This document shows, piece by piece, positions 61,528 through 64,000 of a stretch of DNA of 64,000 nt. Every line of letters starts with the position of its first letter. The first letter of the stretch is position 1. Below the pieces are notes generated by a model. It was not told the origin of the DNA. It saw nothing but the letters and a program-made list of their open reading frames with translations, and ran no database searches. Both the position numbers and the translations under genes were made by a program. The DNA is from Nitrosopumilus sp. (lineage in GTDB: Archaea > Thermoproteota > Nitrososphaeria > Nitrososphaerales > Nitrosopumilaceae). The stretch lies in contig OZ241981.1 in NCBI GenBank assembly GCA_965204345.1, positions 480,001-544,000 on the forward strand. Reading direction: 5' to 3'.

Positions 61528-62546
61528 GCCTTTGAAACCAGGGTCAATGAAAAATAATTCTGCTCATCCAGCCAAGTATGACAGATTTTAAAGCCGGTAC
61601 CCTCAAGCAGAGAACGAATTTGATCCAGAGTGTACTTGTGGGAATATTCAGTATGAATCAGCTCATTTTTTTCCAGATTTAATGAGAGGCTGGATTTTGA
61701 GATTATTACGGACTGGTTGACCAATGATTTAAGATACATCTCTATTCGCTGTTGTTCTTTGTTGTAGATGGAGAAATGTTCAAAGTTTTTCAAATCAAAA
61801 TCTGCATCAAGCTCGTCATTTATTCTGGATAAAACATTAAGATTAAACTCAGCAGTCACATCTTGGGCATCATCATATGCTGCCTCCAAGATTGCAGAAT
61901 CTTTTACCAAATCCAGACCAATCAAGAACAGGTCGCCGGATTTCATAGTAGAGTTTATCTTTTTCAAAAAGTCTTCCCCATCAGAGGGCAAAAAATTGCC
62001 AAAACTCGAACCAAGAAAAACAATAAGATTGTTTTTCTTATCGTAGTTTTTTAGAAATTTCAGACCGCCCTCATATGTGTCAATGATACCGGTTATTCGT
62101 AGATTCTCATAATCCTGTAGCAGTTGCTCAGAGCTTTCAGCGAGAATTTCAGAGATATCAATGGGAAAATATTCAGTCGTATTCTGAAGGTTTGCAAAGA
62201 CATCAAGAAGTATCCTAGTCTTTACAGAGGCGCCGCTGCCCAACTCTACCAGCCTAAAATTATCATCAATAAATGAGGATAGCTCGCCCTGTAATTTTTT
62301 TAGAATGCCAATCTCGGTTCTGGTAGGATAGTACTCAGGCAAAGTGCAGATTTTCTCAAATAAATCAGAGCCCTTTTTGTCATAAAAAAATTTGGGCGTG
62401 ATAAACTTGGAGGGTCGATTCAGACTCGAAGAAATTTCCTCTGCAAAAGTTTTCTCTATCCTGCTTGCATGCGGCTTAAAATACTGCAGTTTAGAATCCA
62501 CAACATATTTTTTGTATTCCTGGTTTTTTTGAATCGTTTTACTCAA
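61524..62546 (-). CDS. egtD: L-histidine N-alpha-methyltransferase EgtD
   Basis: PKFFYD..GS.LF, EYYPTRTE, ELGSG and HTEYSHKY motifs. Confidence 0.93.
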   Translation of the reverse strand: MSKTIQKNQEYKKYVVDSKLQYFKPHASRIEKTFAEEISSSLNRPSKFITPKFFYDKKGSDLFEKICTLPEYYPTRTEIGILKKLQGELSSFIDDNFRLVELGSGASVKTRILLDVFANLQNTTEYFPIDISEILAESSEQLLQDYENLRITGIIDTYEGGLKFLKNYDKKNNLIVFLGSSFGNFLPSDGEDFLKKINSTMKSGDLFLIGLDLVKDSAILEAAYDDAQDVTAEFNLNVLSRINDELDADFDLKNFEHFSIYNKEQQRIEMYLKSLVNQSVIISKSSLSLNLEKNELIHTEYSHKYTLDQIRSLLEGTGFKICHTWLDEQNYFSLTLVSKA

Positions 62547-62640
62547 GTATTAGACCGTCTTTATTTAACATAAATGCTTTATCCCAGGTTTTACGCATAA
62601 AAGATATTTCTTGATATACCTCCTAATGTAACGATATGTA

Positions 62641-63606
62641 ATGAATGACATACTGCGGGTAGAGCACTTGAAAAAATATTTTACAAAAAAGGGAATATTT
62701 GACTCAAAATCAGTCACAGTCAGGGCAGCAGATGACATATCATTTTCGCTAAAGAAGGGAGAGGTGTTTGTTCTGGCAGGAGAGTCAGGTTCGGGCAAAT
62801 CAACAGTTGCAAGGTTAATCCTAAAATCAGCCAAGGCAGATGCAGGAAAAATATTTTTTGAGGAACAAGAGATTGACAGCCAGAAAAGCAATATCTCCAA
62901 AATAAGAATGAATTGCCAAATGATACATCAGGATCCATACGATTCCATCAATCCAAGAATGAGAATTGGGGACATTGTATCTGAGCCGCTTGAAATACAC
63001 AAAATAGGAAACAGGGAAGAGAGAAACAGGAGGGTAATTGAGGTATTGCAGGAAGTCAAGCTAGAGCCGGCAGAGGACATTGTGAAAAGATACCCACACA
63101 TGCTATCAGGAGGACAGAGGCAAAGAGTTGTTTTAGCAAGAGCGCTTGCACTAAAGCCCAAAGTAATTCTAGCTGATGAACCAGTATCAATGCTAGATGT
63201 TTCAATCAGAGCAGAGATGCTAGAATTGATGAAGGAGCTGCAAAATAAGTACAATATTTCGTTTGTTTACATTACTCATGACTTGGCCACGGCAAAATAT
63301 TTCGGCCAAAGAATTGGCATCTTGTATCTGGGCAAAATAGTGGAGATGGGGCCAATTAAGCAGGTTCTAAGCAAGCCGGGACATCCGTATACACAGGCAC
63401 TAATTGATGCAATTTCAGAGCCGGATCCGGATAACTTACACAAGACACGAAAAATCAGAATTAATGAGCCGGCAGATGTTGATGTGTATCAGGGATGCAG
63501 GTTTAGATCAAGATGTCCCTATGTCATGGACAAGTGTGCAGAGGAGCCAAAATTAGAAGAGATTGGCAATGAACACTATTGCGCATGTTATGTAAAATCA
63601 TACTAG
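62641..63606 (+). CDS. Oligopeptide/dipeptide ABC transporter ATP-binding subunit
   Basis: GESGSGKS, LSGGQRQR, DEP and GCRF..RCP motifs. Confidence 0.93.
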   Translation: MNDILRVEHLKKYFTKKGIFDSKSVTVRAADDISFSLKKGEVFVLAGESGSGKSTVARLILKSAKADAGKIFFEEQEIDSQKSNISKIRMNCQMIHQDPYDSINPRMRIGDIVSEPLEIHKIGNREERNRRVIEVLQEVKLEPAEDIVKRYPHMLSGGQRQRVVLARALALKPKVILADEPVSMLDVSIRAEMLELMKELQNKYNISFVYITHDLATAKYFGQRIGILYLGKIVEMGPIKQVLSKPGHPYTQALIDAISEPDPDNLHKTRKIRINEPADVDVYQGCRFRSRCPYVMDKCAEEPKLEEIGNEHYCACYVKSY

Positions 63607-64000
63607 GAGGTTTTCACAGAAGGCATTCGCTTATCCTTGTAGGTAACAACGTTTGAAACGCCATTCTTTGGGAATACGCCATAGATCAGTTTGGCTTTTT
63701 GTATAACAGAGTCCTTTAGGGACACCATAATGAACTGGCTTTCTTTTGATCTCTCTTCTAATATTTTTGCAAGGCGTTGAGAGTTTGGAGCATCAAGATG
63801 TGCATCAACCTCATCAAAGAGATAAAACGGGGAAGACTTTAGTTTTTGCAAGGCAAGCACAAATACGATTGCTGCAAGCGTCTTCTCACCGCCGCTAATT
63901 GACGTTGACTCTCTTTTTGGCTTGTTTGGGAACTGAATCAGGTAAGAGATTCCAGAATTAAATATATCGTCTTCATTTTGCAGTTCTAGCCAGGCATTAC
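63603..64000 (-). CDS. smc: Chromosome segregation protein SMC, C-terminal part
   Basis: ISGGEKT signature and PFYLFDEVDAHLD Walker B; runs off the window end. Confidence 0.92.
   Translation of the reverse strand, partial: NAWLELQNEDDIFNSGISYLIQFPNKPKRESTSISGGEKTLAAIVFVLALQKLKSSPFYLFDEVDAHLDAPNSQRLAKILEERSKESQFIMVSLKDSVIQKAKLIYGVFPKNGVSNVVTYKDKRMPSVKTS

Noticed and set aside
60214-62546. egtB/egtD as a novel system
   Set aside because: Well-known ergothioneine pathway genes with nothing atypical in sequence.

Overview
Chromosomal segment of an ammonia-oxidising archaeon (Nitrosopumilaceae, Thaumarchaeota), judged from fen1, cdvA, thyX, proteasome beta, trmI, argS, proS, thi4, cofE, egtB/egtD and the smc C-terminus. 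Housekeeping blocks alternate with AT-rich accessory islands (about 5.5-6.5, 18-22.5, 29.8-34, 45.1-51.1 and 56.6-58.3 kb) rich in decaying genes: a restriction endonuclease, RelE and GNAT toxins, two integrase remnants, a serine protease and an rpl11 copy. The window starts inside a giant Ig-repeat surface protein. The most unusual signal is five unrelated loci, each with about 36-38 bp of local sequence directly duplicated around a unique 32-35 bp insert (period 69-72 bp). This is the geometry of CRISPR spacer integration, yet no array or cas gene is in the window. Also present are a dispersed 150-170 bp MITE-like family and an intact, uncharacterised three-gene operon beside an integrase remnant. 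Family assignments come from motif recognition only; no database searches were run.
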